51,477 bases of DNA from Candidatus Berkelbacteria bacterium. Its GTDB lineage: Bacteria > Patescibacteriota > UBA1384 > XYA2-FULL-43-10 > CAINNR01. This document shows positions 1 through 9,138 of this stretch, one piece after another. A model generated the notes under the pieces. It had not been told where the DNA came from and did not search any database. It worked only from the letters and a program-made list of their open reading frames with translations. The position numbers were made by a program, and so were the translations under genes. Location of the stretch: positions 1-51,477 of the forward strand of contig JAPLVH010000014.1 of NCBI GenBank assembly GCA_026397205.1. Direction: 5' to 3'. Every line of letters begins with the position of its first letter. Position 1 is the stretch's first letter.

Positions 1-606
1 ATCACTATTTTATCAATACAGGAGCTAATTTTATATACTTTTAGTCGACTTTTTGATGAAATTAATCACTACCAAACTGACATATTAAGCCATCATTTTG
101 AGAGGGAATTGGCGACAGCGCCATATAGGGACGCTAAAAGTGCGTTGGTAAACCAAAAACAGCTTCTCAAAGAGAAATTATCGGCTTTTGAGCAAAAAGC
201 GAATAATCGGTTCGAACTTACCGAAAAGTTTTTGAAATACAATATAGAATTGGCAAACGAGGGAATAAATGAAGAGAAGCTTCATTTATTCAAAAAAGTC
301 GGTTCGAACTTTATTATTGAAGCTCGAACCGTACTTTTTGAGCCACGCGGAGCGTGGCGAATCCTTGCAGAATCAGGATTTTGTGGGGGGAATACAGAAC
401 AGACGGCGCTTCGCGCCGACCATATTTTTGGTTCAAAAACGAATTTCCAATTTTGGCGGAGAGAAAGGGATTCGAACCCTTGGAACCCTTGCGAGTTCAC
501 AGACTTTCCAGGTCTGCCAGTTAAACCACTCCTGCATCTCTCCATGTTTGTTCAATTATTTCTTGAAGTTTTAAAAAATCATTTTTGTTGTTATATCGTA
601 ATTTAA
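1..606 (+). CDS. partial ORF open to the left window edge; possibly the C-terminal part of a site-specific recombinase/integrase; its last ~50 codons read antisense through tRNA-Ser
   Basis: Frame 1 is open from nt 1 (ITILSIQELILYTF...) into the listed 109..606 ORF. The coiled-coil-like segment (KQLLKEKLSAFEQK) and the FEPRGAWRILAE tail recall recombinase C-termini, from memory only. It sits next to a tRNA. There is no stop before 604-606. Confidence 0.3.
   Translation: MTILSIQELILYTFSRLFDEINHYQTDILSHHFERELATAPYRDAKSALVNQKQLLKEKLSAFEQKANNRFELTEKFLKYNIELANEGINEEKLHLFKKVGSNFIIEARTVLFEPRGAWRILAESGFCGGNTEQTALRADHIFGSKTNFQFWRRERDSNPWNPCEFTDFPGLPVKPLLHLSMFVQLFLEVLKNHFCCYIVI
454..543 (-). tRNA. tRNA-Ser (anticodon GGA), class II with long variable arm, CCA encoded
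   Basis: The reverse complement gives acceptor GGAGAGA/TCTCTCC and anticodon stem CAGAC/GTCTG with loop CTGGAAA. The T arm is AAGGG-TTCGAAT-CCCTT, followed by discriminator G and CCA. Confidence 0.85.
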
Positions 607-946
607 AAGTTCCATAGCGGCTAGGATTGAATTTGCCACTTGTTTGTTTTAAATCAATTACCTTTTGAAATTGGCTGGAGGGAATCCCCGATACATTTGA
701 CCAATAGCTAATCAGCTCGTCTTTGTTATGATCGGGATAAGCAAAAAGTTGACCCCTGAGACGCGACTCATCAATCACAATAATTTCTCTGAGAAATTTT
801 GCAAACAATGCCATCGGTTGAGACTTTGAATTGGTAAATTCAATAGCGTAATTAAAACGATTTTCACCTCTTTTATCTTTACGCAGAACCGTGCCTTCAC
901 AAGCATATAATAATGCACCAGCGTAAAACAATTCTTTTTTGTTCAT
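521..946 (-). CDS. hypothetical protein with a single LAGLIDADG-like motif (possible free-standing homing-endonuclease-like protein)
   Basis: 141-aa ORF whose N-terminal YAGALLYACEGT resembles a LAGLIDADG box. It overlaps the upstream GIY-YIG gene by 4 nt (ATGA). Its last 7 codons are encoded by the 5' part of tRNA-Ser. Confidence 0.5.
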   Translation of the reverse strand: MNKKELFYAGALLYACEGTVLRKDKRGENRFNYAIEFTNSKSQPMALFAKFLREIIVIDESRLRGQLFAYPDHNKDELISYWSNVSGIPSSQFQKVIDLKQTSGKFNPSRYGTFKLRYNNKNDFLKLQEIIEQTWRDAGVV

Positions 947-1200
947 TCTCCACCACCAAATTTTTTGATAATTTCCAATTTCTCTTTTCTACCAGCGGAA
1001 TTTTTCAAATGCCATTCTCTTTTGCAAGCATCGGAACGGGAATCGAATTCTTCAGAATAAATTATTTTCCACGGTCCGAACGGTCGGGTTGATTTTGCCG
1101 AGCCAGAATTATGTTCTTCAACTCGTCGATTCGGATCAGTCGTAATTCCGACATAATGTCGTCCGACAGAATTTTCCAAAATATAGACGAAGTATTTCAT
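943..1200 (-). CDS. GIY-YIG nuclease family protein (catalytic domain only)
   Basis: 85 aa with YFVYILEN...RHYVGIT...RRVEEHN, the typical GIY-YIG motif order. Confidence 0.8.
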   Translation of the reverse strand: MKYFVYILENSVGRHYVGITTDPNRRVEEHNSGSAKSTRPFGPWKIIYSEEFDSRSDACKREWHLKNSAGRKEKLEIIKKFGGGE

Positions 1201-1369
1201 GGATTTACTCTTCGAACGAGAAACGAGTGAGAAGTTTTCAAATGAAGTAGTTCTCGTTCAGCCACTCGAACGATATTATTTCCGCCGACATCAAAATCTT
1301 AGCAAAAAATTGCTTGAATTTCCAGAGCTGATATGAAATAATAAAATCAACCCGACGAGGAGGAAATAA

Positions 1370-1498
1370 ATGAAAAAACTCGGAGCGTTCGAATTATCGC
1401 CAGAAGCACTCGAAGCTTTTAAGAAACGAATATCAAATACGACCAGCGCAAAAATAAGACGTAGTCGAAAACCAAAACCCCGCCGGCGGCAAAGATGA
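1370..1498 (+). CDS. small basic hypothetical protein (42 aa)
   Basis: Not in the ORF track (<60 aa). GAGGAGG lies 7 nt upstream of the ATG. Translation: MKKLGAFELSPEALEAFKKRISNTTSAKIRRSRKPKPRRRQR. The stop lies inside a terminator hairpin. Confidence 0.45.
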   Translation: MKKLGAFELSPEALEAFKKRISNTTSAKIRRSRKPKPRRRQR

Positions 1499-1513
1499 CT
1501 GCCGGTTTTTTTT
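1483..1513 (+). terminator. intrinsic terminator (CCGGCGGCA..TGCCGG + T8), shared convergent spacer with hicA
   Basis: GC hairpin followed by TTTTTTTT. Confidence 0.6.
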
Positions 1514-1520
1514 GTTCATG

Positions 1521-1742
1521 CTATTTATAAAATCCTTCTCGCCCGAGACCGGATTGGCGAATAATCGCCGCAATTGTGCCAACCGGCAAATCGCCAGAGT
1601 GCATTGAGACACAAGTCAAAAATTGTTTTTCGTTTTGTTTTTTCAAAAAATATCGATGACTACCTTTTTGGTGAGTAAAGATAAAGCCGTTTTTCTCCAG
1701 CCGACGGACAACATTTTTGGCTGATTCCGGCTTTATTTTCAT
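1521..1742 (-). CDS. hicA: HicA-family mRNA interferase toxin
   Basis: 73 aa with LEKNGF..QKGSHRYF..MHSGDLPVGTIAAIIRQSGL, the typical YcfA/HicA pattern. Confidence 0.8.
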   Translation of the reverse strand: MKIKPESAKNVVRRLEKNGFIFTHQKGSHRYFLKKQNEKQFLTCVSMHSGDLPVGTIAAIIRQSGLGREGFYK

Positions 1743-1749
1743 TTTCCCC

Positions 1750-2103
1750 CTAGACGCAAACTAGATCGCGAATATTTTTACTAAAAACTTGGCTATCTTC
1801 AATCGGCAAAGATCTTTTGGTTTGTGATATTTGGTTTAAGAGATGAAAATATTTTTCCAAATCCTGTATAACACTCCAATATTTTTTTGGCGCCGGCTTA
1901 TTCAAAAGTTTTTCCGAGAGATTTTCTTTGCAAACAATTTCCAAATATCCCTGCGCCGCCTCTTCCAAACTCTGTTTCAAAACAACCGGATCACTTCCTT
2001 CCTCAACGATATCCAAATCCAAACAAACGCCGGTATAATTTTTGTCCCGAGCCCGTTTGTAAATCACAAACCTGAATTGTCCCCTCTTTTTGCTATTTTC
2101 CAT
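1750..2103 (-). CDS. hicB: HicB-family antitoxin
   Basis: 117 aa lying 7 nt upstream of hicA. The N-terminus (FRFVIYK..YTGVCLDLDIVEEG) is HicB/UPF0150-like. Confidence 0.7.
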   Translation of the reverse strand: MENSKKRGQFRFVIYKRARDKNYTGVCLDLDIVEEGSDPVVLKQSLEEAAQGYLEIVCKENLSEKLLNKPAPKKYWSVIQDLEKYFHLLNQISQTKRSLPIEDSQVFSKNIRDLVCV

Positions 2104-2143
2104 TGTAATATTATTTTAGCAGAAATTTTTTTTTATTCAATAT

Positions 2144-4477
2144 CTATCGATCAATTATATTCGCCATCATCAGCCGTTTTTCAACCGAGGCGATTATTTT
2201 TTTTGTTTGAATTGCGACATCTGGCGTCACCGAAACCGAAGTTGCGCCGTTTTTGACCATCAGTTCGCAAAATTCTGGATAAATTGACGGCGCCTGACCG
2301 CAAACTGACGATGTGACGCCGTGTTTTCGGCAGGTTTTGACGACATAAGAAACCGAAAGCTCGACCGCTTCGTCCCGTTCATCGAATGATTTGGCCAAAT
2401 TCTGATTATCGCGATCAACACCCAAAGTCAGCTGGGTCAAATCATTTGTGCCAAGTGAAATTCCGTCAATACCGATGGCGAGAAATTTTTCCAGAAGAAT
2501 GACATTTGACGGCACCTCAACCATCATCCAAAGTTTGAATTCGTTTGATCGTTTTAGTCCGGCGGCCTCGGCCAACTCTTTACATTTACGCATTTCCTCG
2601 ACTGTTCGGACAAAAGGAATCATCAGGTGGACATTTGTTAAATCCATTTTATCGCGGACGGTTTTTAAGGCCGCAAGCTCAAGATTAAAGACCTCCGGAT
2701 CGGTGATGTAGCGAAGGGCACCGCGCATGCCGATCATCGGGTTGTCCTCCTTGCCCTCATATTTTTCGCCGCCTTTAAGGCCGCGGTATTCGTTGGTTTT
2801 GAAATCGGTCGCCCGATAAATTACCGGCCGCGGCGCAAATGCACTGGCGATTTGAGCGATGCCCTCGGCCAATTTGTTGGTAAATTCTTCGCCCCGGCCA
2901 TCGGCGATCATCGCCCGCGGATGTTCACCAATTCCGGCGATCATAAACTCCGCCCGGAGTAGTCCAACACCATCAACCGGCAACTTCGCCGCTGCTTCCG
3001 CCGCTTCCGGTTCGGCCAAATTGAGATAAACTTTTGTTCCGGTGATTGGAATTTCCTCGACCGCCGCACTGCCAATTAATTTTTCTCCGACTGCTGACTG
3101 CTGACTGCTGACTGCCGCCTTTTCCACTGCTCCTTTGTAAACCAAACCCTTGACGCCATCAACAGTCACGACTTGGCCGGTTTTGAGTGTTGTTGTCGCC
3201 GTTCCGGTGCCAACAACGCAGGGAATTCCCAGTTCGCGAGAAACGATCGCCGCGTGGCAAGTTCGACCGCCGGTGTCGGTAATAATTCCCTTCGCCCGTT
3301 TCATCGCCGGGACAAAATCCGGCGTTGTCATTTCAGTAACCAAAATATCGCCGACCTGAATTTGATCGTTCTGCTCTTTATTGTGAATAATTTTCACCGG
3401 CCCTGACGCCTGCCCAATCGAAGCCGCCGCACCTTTCAAAATTGTTTCGGCTTTATTTTCTTCAATAGATGTCTCTATTCCTTCATTTTGATCTTTGATT
3501 TTTACATTTTGATTTTTCAGTGTCGTTATCGGCCTTGATTGAACCAGATACGGCTTGCCGGCGGCAACCGCAAATTCCATATCCTGCGGCGAATTATAAT
3601 GGGCCTCAATTTTCATTCCGATTTTCGCCAGTTCGATGATGACGGCATCGGTTAATTTTTGATCTTTTTGGTCAGCGGCCGGAATTGCGACATGTTTATC
3701 ACCCCCGCCGGCACTTTTGACAATCTTCCACGGCTGGGAGTTGATCTCTTTGGCCGTGATTTTGCCGGTTGTCTTGTCATATAAATAGCGATCCGGTGTC
3801 ACCGAGCCGGAAACAATCGCTTCGCCTAAACCGAAGCCGGCCTCGATGATCAAGGTATTGGTGTCGCCGGTCGTCGGATCAACAGTGAACATAATTCCCG
3901 ACCGATCGGACTCGACCATAATTTGAATCGGCACCGCCAAACCGATTTTTCTCTGGTCATATTTGTTGACGATGCGATAGTAAATCGCCCTGGCTTCATA
4001 AAGCGAAGCAAAACACTTCTGTGTTGCTTTGACAACTTCGTCGGCGCCATGAATGTTGAGGAATGTCGCCTGTTGGCCGGCAAACGAAGCATCCGGCAAG
4101 TCCTCAGCCGTGGCGGAGGAACGAACGGCGACATCAACCGGTCCAAGTTTTTTGTAATTTTCCTTTATTTCCGCCGCCAATCTCGGTGGTATTTTTGCCG
4201 ACAAGATATGTTTTTTTATCACCCGCGACAGGGCATTTAATTTTTTTGAGTCCTCCGGATCAACTCCTTTGAGCGCTTTGGCGATCGCCGGACCGATGCC
4301 GGTTTGCTTTAGAAAATAATAGTAGGCCTCGGCGGTGACGATAAAACCGTTCGGCACCGGGAAACCGGCCCGAGTCATTTCACCAAGATTCGCCCCCTTG
4401 CCACCGACCAACGCCGTGTCTGTGCGACCAACATCTTTAAACCAAAGAATATGCGCTTTATTTTTGCTAAATGCCAT
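2144..4477 (-). CDS. ppsA: phosphoenolpyruvate synthase (pyruvate, water dikinase)
   Basis: 777 aa with the GGKGANLGEM ATP-grasp N-terminus, the phospho-His motif GGRTCHAAIVSRELGIP, and a C-terminal PEP-utilising domain. Confidence 0.9.
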   Translation of the reverse strand: MAFSKNKAHILWFKDVGRTDTALVGGKGANLGEMTRAGFPVPNGFIVTAEAYYYFLKQTGIGPAIAKALKGVDPEDSKKLNALSRVIKKHILSAKIPPRLAAEIKENYKKLGPVDVAVRSSATAEDLPDASFAGQQATFLNIHGADEVVKATQKCFASLYEARAIYYRIVNKYDQRKIGLAVPIQIMVESDRSGIMFTVDPTTGDTNTLIIEAGFGLGEAIVSGSVTPDRYLYDKTTGKITAKEINSQPWKIVKSAGGGDKHVAIPAADQKDQKLTDAVIIELAKIGMKIEAHYNSPQDMEFAVAAGKPYLVQSRPITTLKNQNVKIKDQNEGIETSIEENKAETILKGAAASIGQASGPVKIIHNKEQNDQIQVGDILVTEMTTPDFVPAMKRAKGIITDTGGRTCHAAIVSRELGIPCVVGTGTATTTLKTGQVVTVDGVKGLVYKGAVEKAAVSSQQSAVGEKLIGSAAVEEIPITGTKVYLNLAEPEAAEAAAKLPVDGVGLLRAEFMIAGIGEHPRAMIADGRGEEFTNKLAEGIAQIASAFAPRPVIYRATDFKTNEYRGLKGGEKYEGKEDNPMIGMRGALRYITDPEVFNLELAALKTVRDKMDLTNVHLMIPFVRTVEEMRKCKELAEAAGLKRSNEFKLWMMVEVPSNVILLEKFLAIGIDGISLGTNDLTQLTLGVDRDNQNLAKSFDERDEAVELSVSYVVKTCRKHGVTSSVCGQAPSIYPEFCELMVKNGATSVSVTPDVAIQTKKIIASVEKRLMMANIIDR

Positions 4478-4576
4478 GCCCCTCCTGGAGAGAATTAAGA
4501 ATTCTGAATTAAGAATTAAGAGTAGTGGATTTCCCGGAATTCACAATTCACAATTCATAATTCTATTTTTATTATA

Positions 4577-5023
4577 TCACAACTTTTCCCCGACAACTTC
4601 CCGAACTTTTTCCCAATCGAAACCGCGCGACAAAAGATGGCGAGATAATTTTTCGTAGATTTTTTCTGGTGGGATTTTTGCGTTTTTGGCGATAAATCTA
4701 TCGGCGGCTTCGGCGATTTCATCGGTTTGATCGCTATTTTCAGCCAAAACTTTCTCGACGATCTCCGCCGGCACTTTTTTTGCCATCAATTTATTTTTTA
4801 GCCAATATTTTCCCGTCGGCTTGATTGATTTTTGAAACCGGACATAATTTTCGGTAAACTTTTGGTCGTCGAGAAATTTCTTTTCGATTAAAAACGCCAG
4901 CGTTTCGGCAATTTCTTTTTCGCCAAACATTTTTCGTTTGAGTTTCTCCTCCATCTCGCCGATACTTCGATCTCGACTTTTGAGTAGCCAAAATGCATAT
5001 TCGCGAACATTTAATTTCTTCAT
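4577..5023 (-). CDS. recX: RecX family regulator
   Basis: The listed ORF is 4577..5053. The likely start is MKKLNVREYAFWLL at 5023. It has repeated three-helix RecX-like segments. Confidence 0.7.
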   Translation of the reverse strand: MKKLNVREYAFWLLKSRDRSIGEMEEKLKRKMFGEKEIAETLAFLIEKKFLDDQKFTENYVRFQKSIKPTGKYWLKNKLMAKKVPAEIVEKVLAENSDQTDEIAEAADRFIAKNAKIPPEKIYEKLSRHLLSRGFDWEKVREVVGEKL

Positions 5024-5086
5024 AATTTGATTTTTAGGAAAATTGGAGTACAATTAATATATTCAATCGAACGGGAGGAATAGAAA

Positions 5087-5344
5087 ATGCCAAAGTTCAG
5101 AAAGCAAGGAATACATGGGATGAAAACCTGTAAAGCTTGTGGCAATCAGTGGACAAATAGCGGGAAAAATTGTCCAAATGGCTGTCCTGCAGAAATCAAA
5201 AAAGTCAGATTCGGCGAAGAAAATTGTTACTGTGAATTTTGCAAAAGAGATTGGAAAACCGCCGATCATCCAAGTGCAACCCATTGTATTTATGACAATT
5301 GTCCATCAAATTCAAAACAACGACTCCAACTTTCGCCGACTTAA
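5087..5344 (+). CDS. Cys-rich small protein (multiple CxxC, zinc-ribbon-like), orphan cassette
   Basis: GGGAGG Shine-Dalgarno. Cys motifs CKAC, CPNGC, CYCEFC and HC..DNC. Own terminator at 5354..5376. Confidence 0.6.
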   Translation: MPKFRKQGIHGMKTCKACGNQWTNSGKNCPNGCPAEIKKVRFGEENCYCEFCKRDWKTADHPSATHCIYDNCPSNSKQRLQLSPT

Positions 5345-5353
5345 CCACCCAAC

Positions 5354-5376
5354 CTCGCCACTCGGCGAGTTTTTTT
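5354..5376 (+). terminator. intrinsic terminator CTCGCCA-CT-CGGCGAG + T7
   Basis: Hairpin plus T-run, 10 nt after the stop codon. Confidence 0.75.
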
Positions 5377-5480
5377 ATGGGTTTTCAGGGAGGTAAAGGG
5401 ATCTTAGGGGATTCCGATCCATAATTTTCTCTCCCCATAATTTTCTACTCATAAGTTCCCCTTATCTCCCCTAAAATCCC

Positions 5481-5990
5481 TTAATTTCCCTTCCCCAAAA
5501 ATTTCTCGGCTTCCCTCCAAAATTCCTTTTCATTTCTTTCTTCATTTTGCTGGCGTCTGACAATTTTTTCGTTTGAGGAAATATTGCCGCTGCCAACTCT
5601 TTTCTGTTCGAGTGCTTCCATTTGATTGTGAAGCATTTTGCCTTCGCCTTTTAAGAGAAATATCGCCCGATCAGCAATACTCACATCACCCAAATTATTT
5701 CGCCGGCAATATTCAAAATCACCCAAAAGTTCTTCTAACGACCCTTTAGAAAATCCGAGAAACTCAATATATTCTTTCGTTGATGCCCGCGAAAATCCCT
5801 CTTCGATATTTCGAACTCCGGAGCGTGCCGACCGAAGCATGTGGTCGGCGGTGTCCATCATTTTCTGACCGGTTTCTGGATGATATTTCGGAAGCGTTTT
5901 GACAAACTTTTCCGTCAGCTCAAAAATTTCATTGGCTTGTTTCCAAGTCAACAAATTTTTATATCCTAACGGATTCCTTGGCACAAACAT
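5481..5990 (-). CDS. four-helix-bundle protein (23S rRNA intervening-sequence protein family) with a C-terminal extension
   Basis: YKNLLTWKQANEIFELTEKF...ADHMLRSARSGVRNIEEGF...GSLEELLGDFEY matches the family pattern as I remember it. Confidence 0.7.
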   Translation of the reverse strand: MFVPRNPLGYKNLLTWKQANEIFELTEKFVKTLPKYHPETGQKMMDTADHMLRSARSGVRNIEEGFSRASTKEYIEFLGFSKGSLEELLGDFEYCRRNNLGDVSIADRAIFLLKGEGKMLHNQMEALEQKRVGSGNISSNEKIVRRQQNEERNEKEFWREAEKFLGKGN

Positions 5991-6089
5991 TTATCACCCC
6001 TTACCTCCCTTAATTTCCCCTAAATTCCCTTTTCTTGATTTTATTTTGAATTCTGCTATGATGTTTGTATCACACGATCGGAGGTTGCG

Positions 6090-6395
6090 ATGATTAGACC
6101 TGAACCTGACTGGATGAAGACAGCTTCAATTGCGAAAATGATCGCAAAACTTTTACAAGAAAAAGGAATTGAAATTGGAGAAAATACAGTTTTCCTACTT
6201 CTGAATTTGGGCGAAGAAATTGGTCCAATGGACAGAGCAGGTGCTGAATTAGTTTTCAATGAGCAAAAACAAGCCGAATTCTCGAATCAATTAAGCGGAG
6301 CAATCTCAGAAGACAAGGCAATGGAAGTTTTTTCCTCTACCCCACTTTCAGTTTTCCGTCCGAAACCAGACGAAACCGGTCCGTCAGATCCTTAG
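6090..6395 (+). CDS. hypothetical protein, orphan cassette
   Basis: TTGATT-16-TATGAT promoter-like signal, GGAGG 6 nt before the ATG, and a terminator overlapping the stop. Confidence 0.55.
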   Translation: MIRPEPDWMKTASIAKMIAKLLQEKGIEIGENTVFLLLNLGEEIGPMDRAGAELVFNEQKQAEFSNQLSGAISEDKAMEVFSSTPLSVFRPKPDETGPSDP

Positions 6396-6420
6396 CACTT
6401 CACATCGAAGTGCTTTTTTT
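6394..6420 (+). terminator. intrinsic terminator AGCACTTC-ACAT-CGAAGTGCT + T7
   Basis: Perfect 8-bp stem followed by a T-run. Confidence 0.8.
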
Positions 6421-6472
6421 ATTGACTTCAATTTTATTTGAAATTTGACATTAGTAATTTGAAATTTCCAAA

Positions 6473-7567
<1,095 letters not shown>

Positions 7568-7583
7568 TTAATTATTTGCTAAA

Positions 7584-8222
7584 TTATTTTGTGAATTGAA
7601 AGGTGGAAAGAATTATTTTTTCGGTATCAGTCAGAGATTTCTTTTCAGACGCGATTTGAACTGAAAAAACTGCAGATTGATATTCACACGCAATATTATA
7701 GTAGGTTCCTGCAAATCCGCCAGCCTCATATTCGTATGCCTTTTTGCCACCCAACGTAATTTCATTAAGATTCGTATTCATGTTGTCACCTCTAATAAAT
7801 TCATAAAAAGTTTTTGTTGATTTGGGCTGTGGGCTTCCTTGATTAACGTAGTCAGATACCGTTGAAAAATATTGAATCATAATAGTTGGAGAATAACCTT
7901 CTCCGTACATACCGCCAGAATCAATTTTATTTCGAACTGCTTGATTTTCAGGAGAATTAATTGACAAATTTTTTCCATCAACTTGAGTCACCCAATCAGC
8001 AGGAATTTTAACACCGAATCCCTCTGTCGAATTTGTATAAGTTTTCCAACCGAAAGTTGGTGAAGATTTGATATCGGAAATCTGTTTGTTCAAGTCATTA
8101 ATCTGGCTTTGGAGGTTGTTTTTATCATTGGTTAATTTGCGCTGCATATAATAGTAGGTGCCACCGCCAACGACTGCAATTGTCAAAACCACCGCAATCA
8201 GAATCTTCCAAAACATTTTCAT
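7584..8222 (-). CDS. membrane-anchored hypothetical protein
   Basis: N-terminal TM helix (ILIAVVLTIAVVGGG), a coiled-coil segment, then a globular domain. Confidence 0.6.
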   Translation of the reverse strand: MKMFWKILIAVVLTIAVVGGGTYYYMQRKLTNDKNNLQSQINDLNKQISDIKSSPTFGWKTYTNSTEGFGVKIPADWVTQVDGKNLSINSPENQAVRNKIDSGGMYGEGYSPTIMIQYFSTVSDYVNQGSPQPKSTKTFYEFIRGDNMNTNLNEITLGGKKAYEYEAGGFAGTYYNIACEYQSAVFSVQIASEKKSLTDTEKIILSTFQFTK

Positions 8223-8315
8223 AATTCCTCCCTGTTAAATTAGTTTTATGCGGGTAAGTCTTAAGTCGTAAGCAAAAAACGAATTGGTTTTGCTTACGGC
8301 TTACTAGCTTACAAC

Positions 8316-9014
8316 TTACGGCTTGTTTTCCGCCGTCTTAACTTTCTTCTCGACGATCACTGTTTCCTCGGCGATTTTGTTCGCTTTATTTTCAGCCGAA
8401 ACGACGATGGTGTTGATGCCGTTTTGTAGCGAAACATCGCGCTGGAAATTCCCCGACGAATCAACCGAGACCGATTCCTGATTGATTTTTATGCTGGCAC
8501 CGGTGTCGGTTTTGCCACTGATGGTGATATTTTCCACCTCAACAACACTATCGTTCGCCGGCGAGATGATAGATAATTTCGGGACTGATGAGAAACTTAG
8601 AACTTGGAGGACAACATAAACCGCGGCGGCGGCGCAAAACAAGCAGGAAAAAAATATTGTTGCGATTTTCGGTGTGACGATAAAAGTTTTACCTGTGGCA
8701 ATTTTTTTAGTCGAAAAAGTTTCATCCGGCAAGTCCTTTCGCCCGCGTTTTTCCAGTTGATACTCCTCCCAAGTTTTTTCAGCATCAAGTCCGAGGTACT
8801 GCGAGTAAGTCGCCAAAAAACCGCGGACATAAATATCACTCGGCAAGAGTTCAAAATCCTCGCGCTCAAGCGCTTCGATGTATTTTGCCCGAACTTTGGT
8901 TGAAAGCTCGGCTTCGATCAGATCAACTTGAAGACGCTTGCGAGCTCGCCGCAATTTTTCGCCAAAAGTTTGGCTGGTTCGAATTTTGCGTAAATTAAAA
9001 CCGGCAGCAACCAT
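8316..9014 (-). CDS. RodZ-like HTH/transmembrane protein
   Basis: The N-terminus (FGEKLRRARK...IEALEREDFELLPSDIYVRGFL) is RodZ-like. There is one central TM helix. Confidence 0.6.
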   Translation of the reverse strand: MVAAGFNLRKIRTSQTFGEKLRRARKRLQVDLIEAELSTKVRAKYIEALEREDFELLPSDIYVRGFLATYSQYLGLDAEKTWEEYQLEKRGRKDLPDETFSTKKIATGKTFIVTPKIATIFFSCLFCAAAAVYVVLQVLSFSSVPKLSIISPANDSVVEVENITISGKTDTGASIKINQESVSVDSSGNFQRDVSLQNGINTIVVSAENKANKIAEETVIVEKKVKTAENKP

Positions 9015-9138
9015 GATTTTAGTTTAAAGCTATAAGTGAAAAGTGTAAAGTCATAGTTTAAAATTTTAAATTATTCCAAACAAATCCCAGCATGGAGTGC
9101 CGACCAAAGTTTTTCGTTTTTCGTTTTGCATTTTAAGT

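Noticed and set aside
4335-4658. 107-aa plus-strand ORF across the ppsA start and recX end.
   Set aside because: It is antisense to both genes and passes through the AATTAAGAAT repeat spacer. It has no signals.
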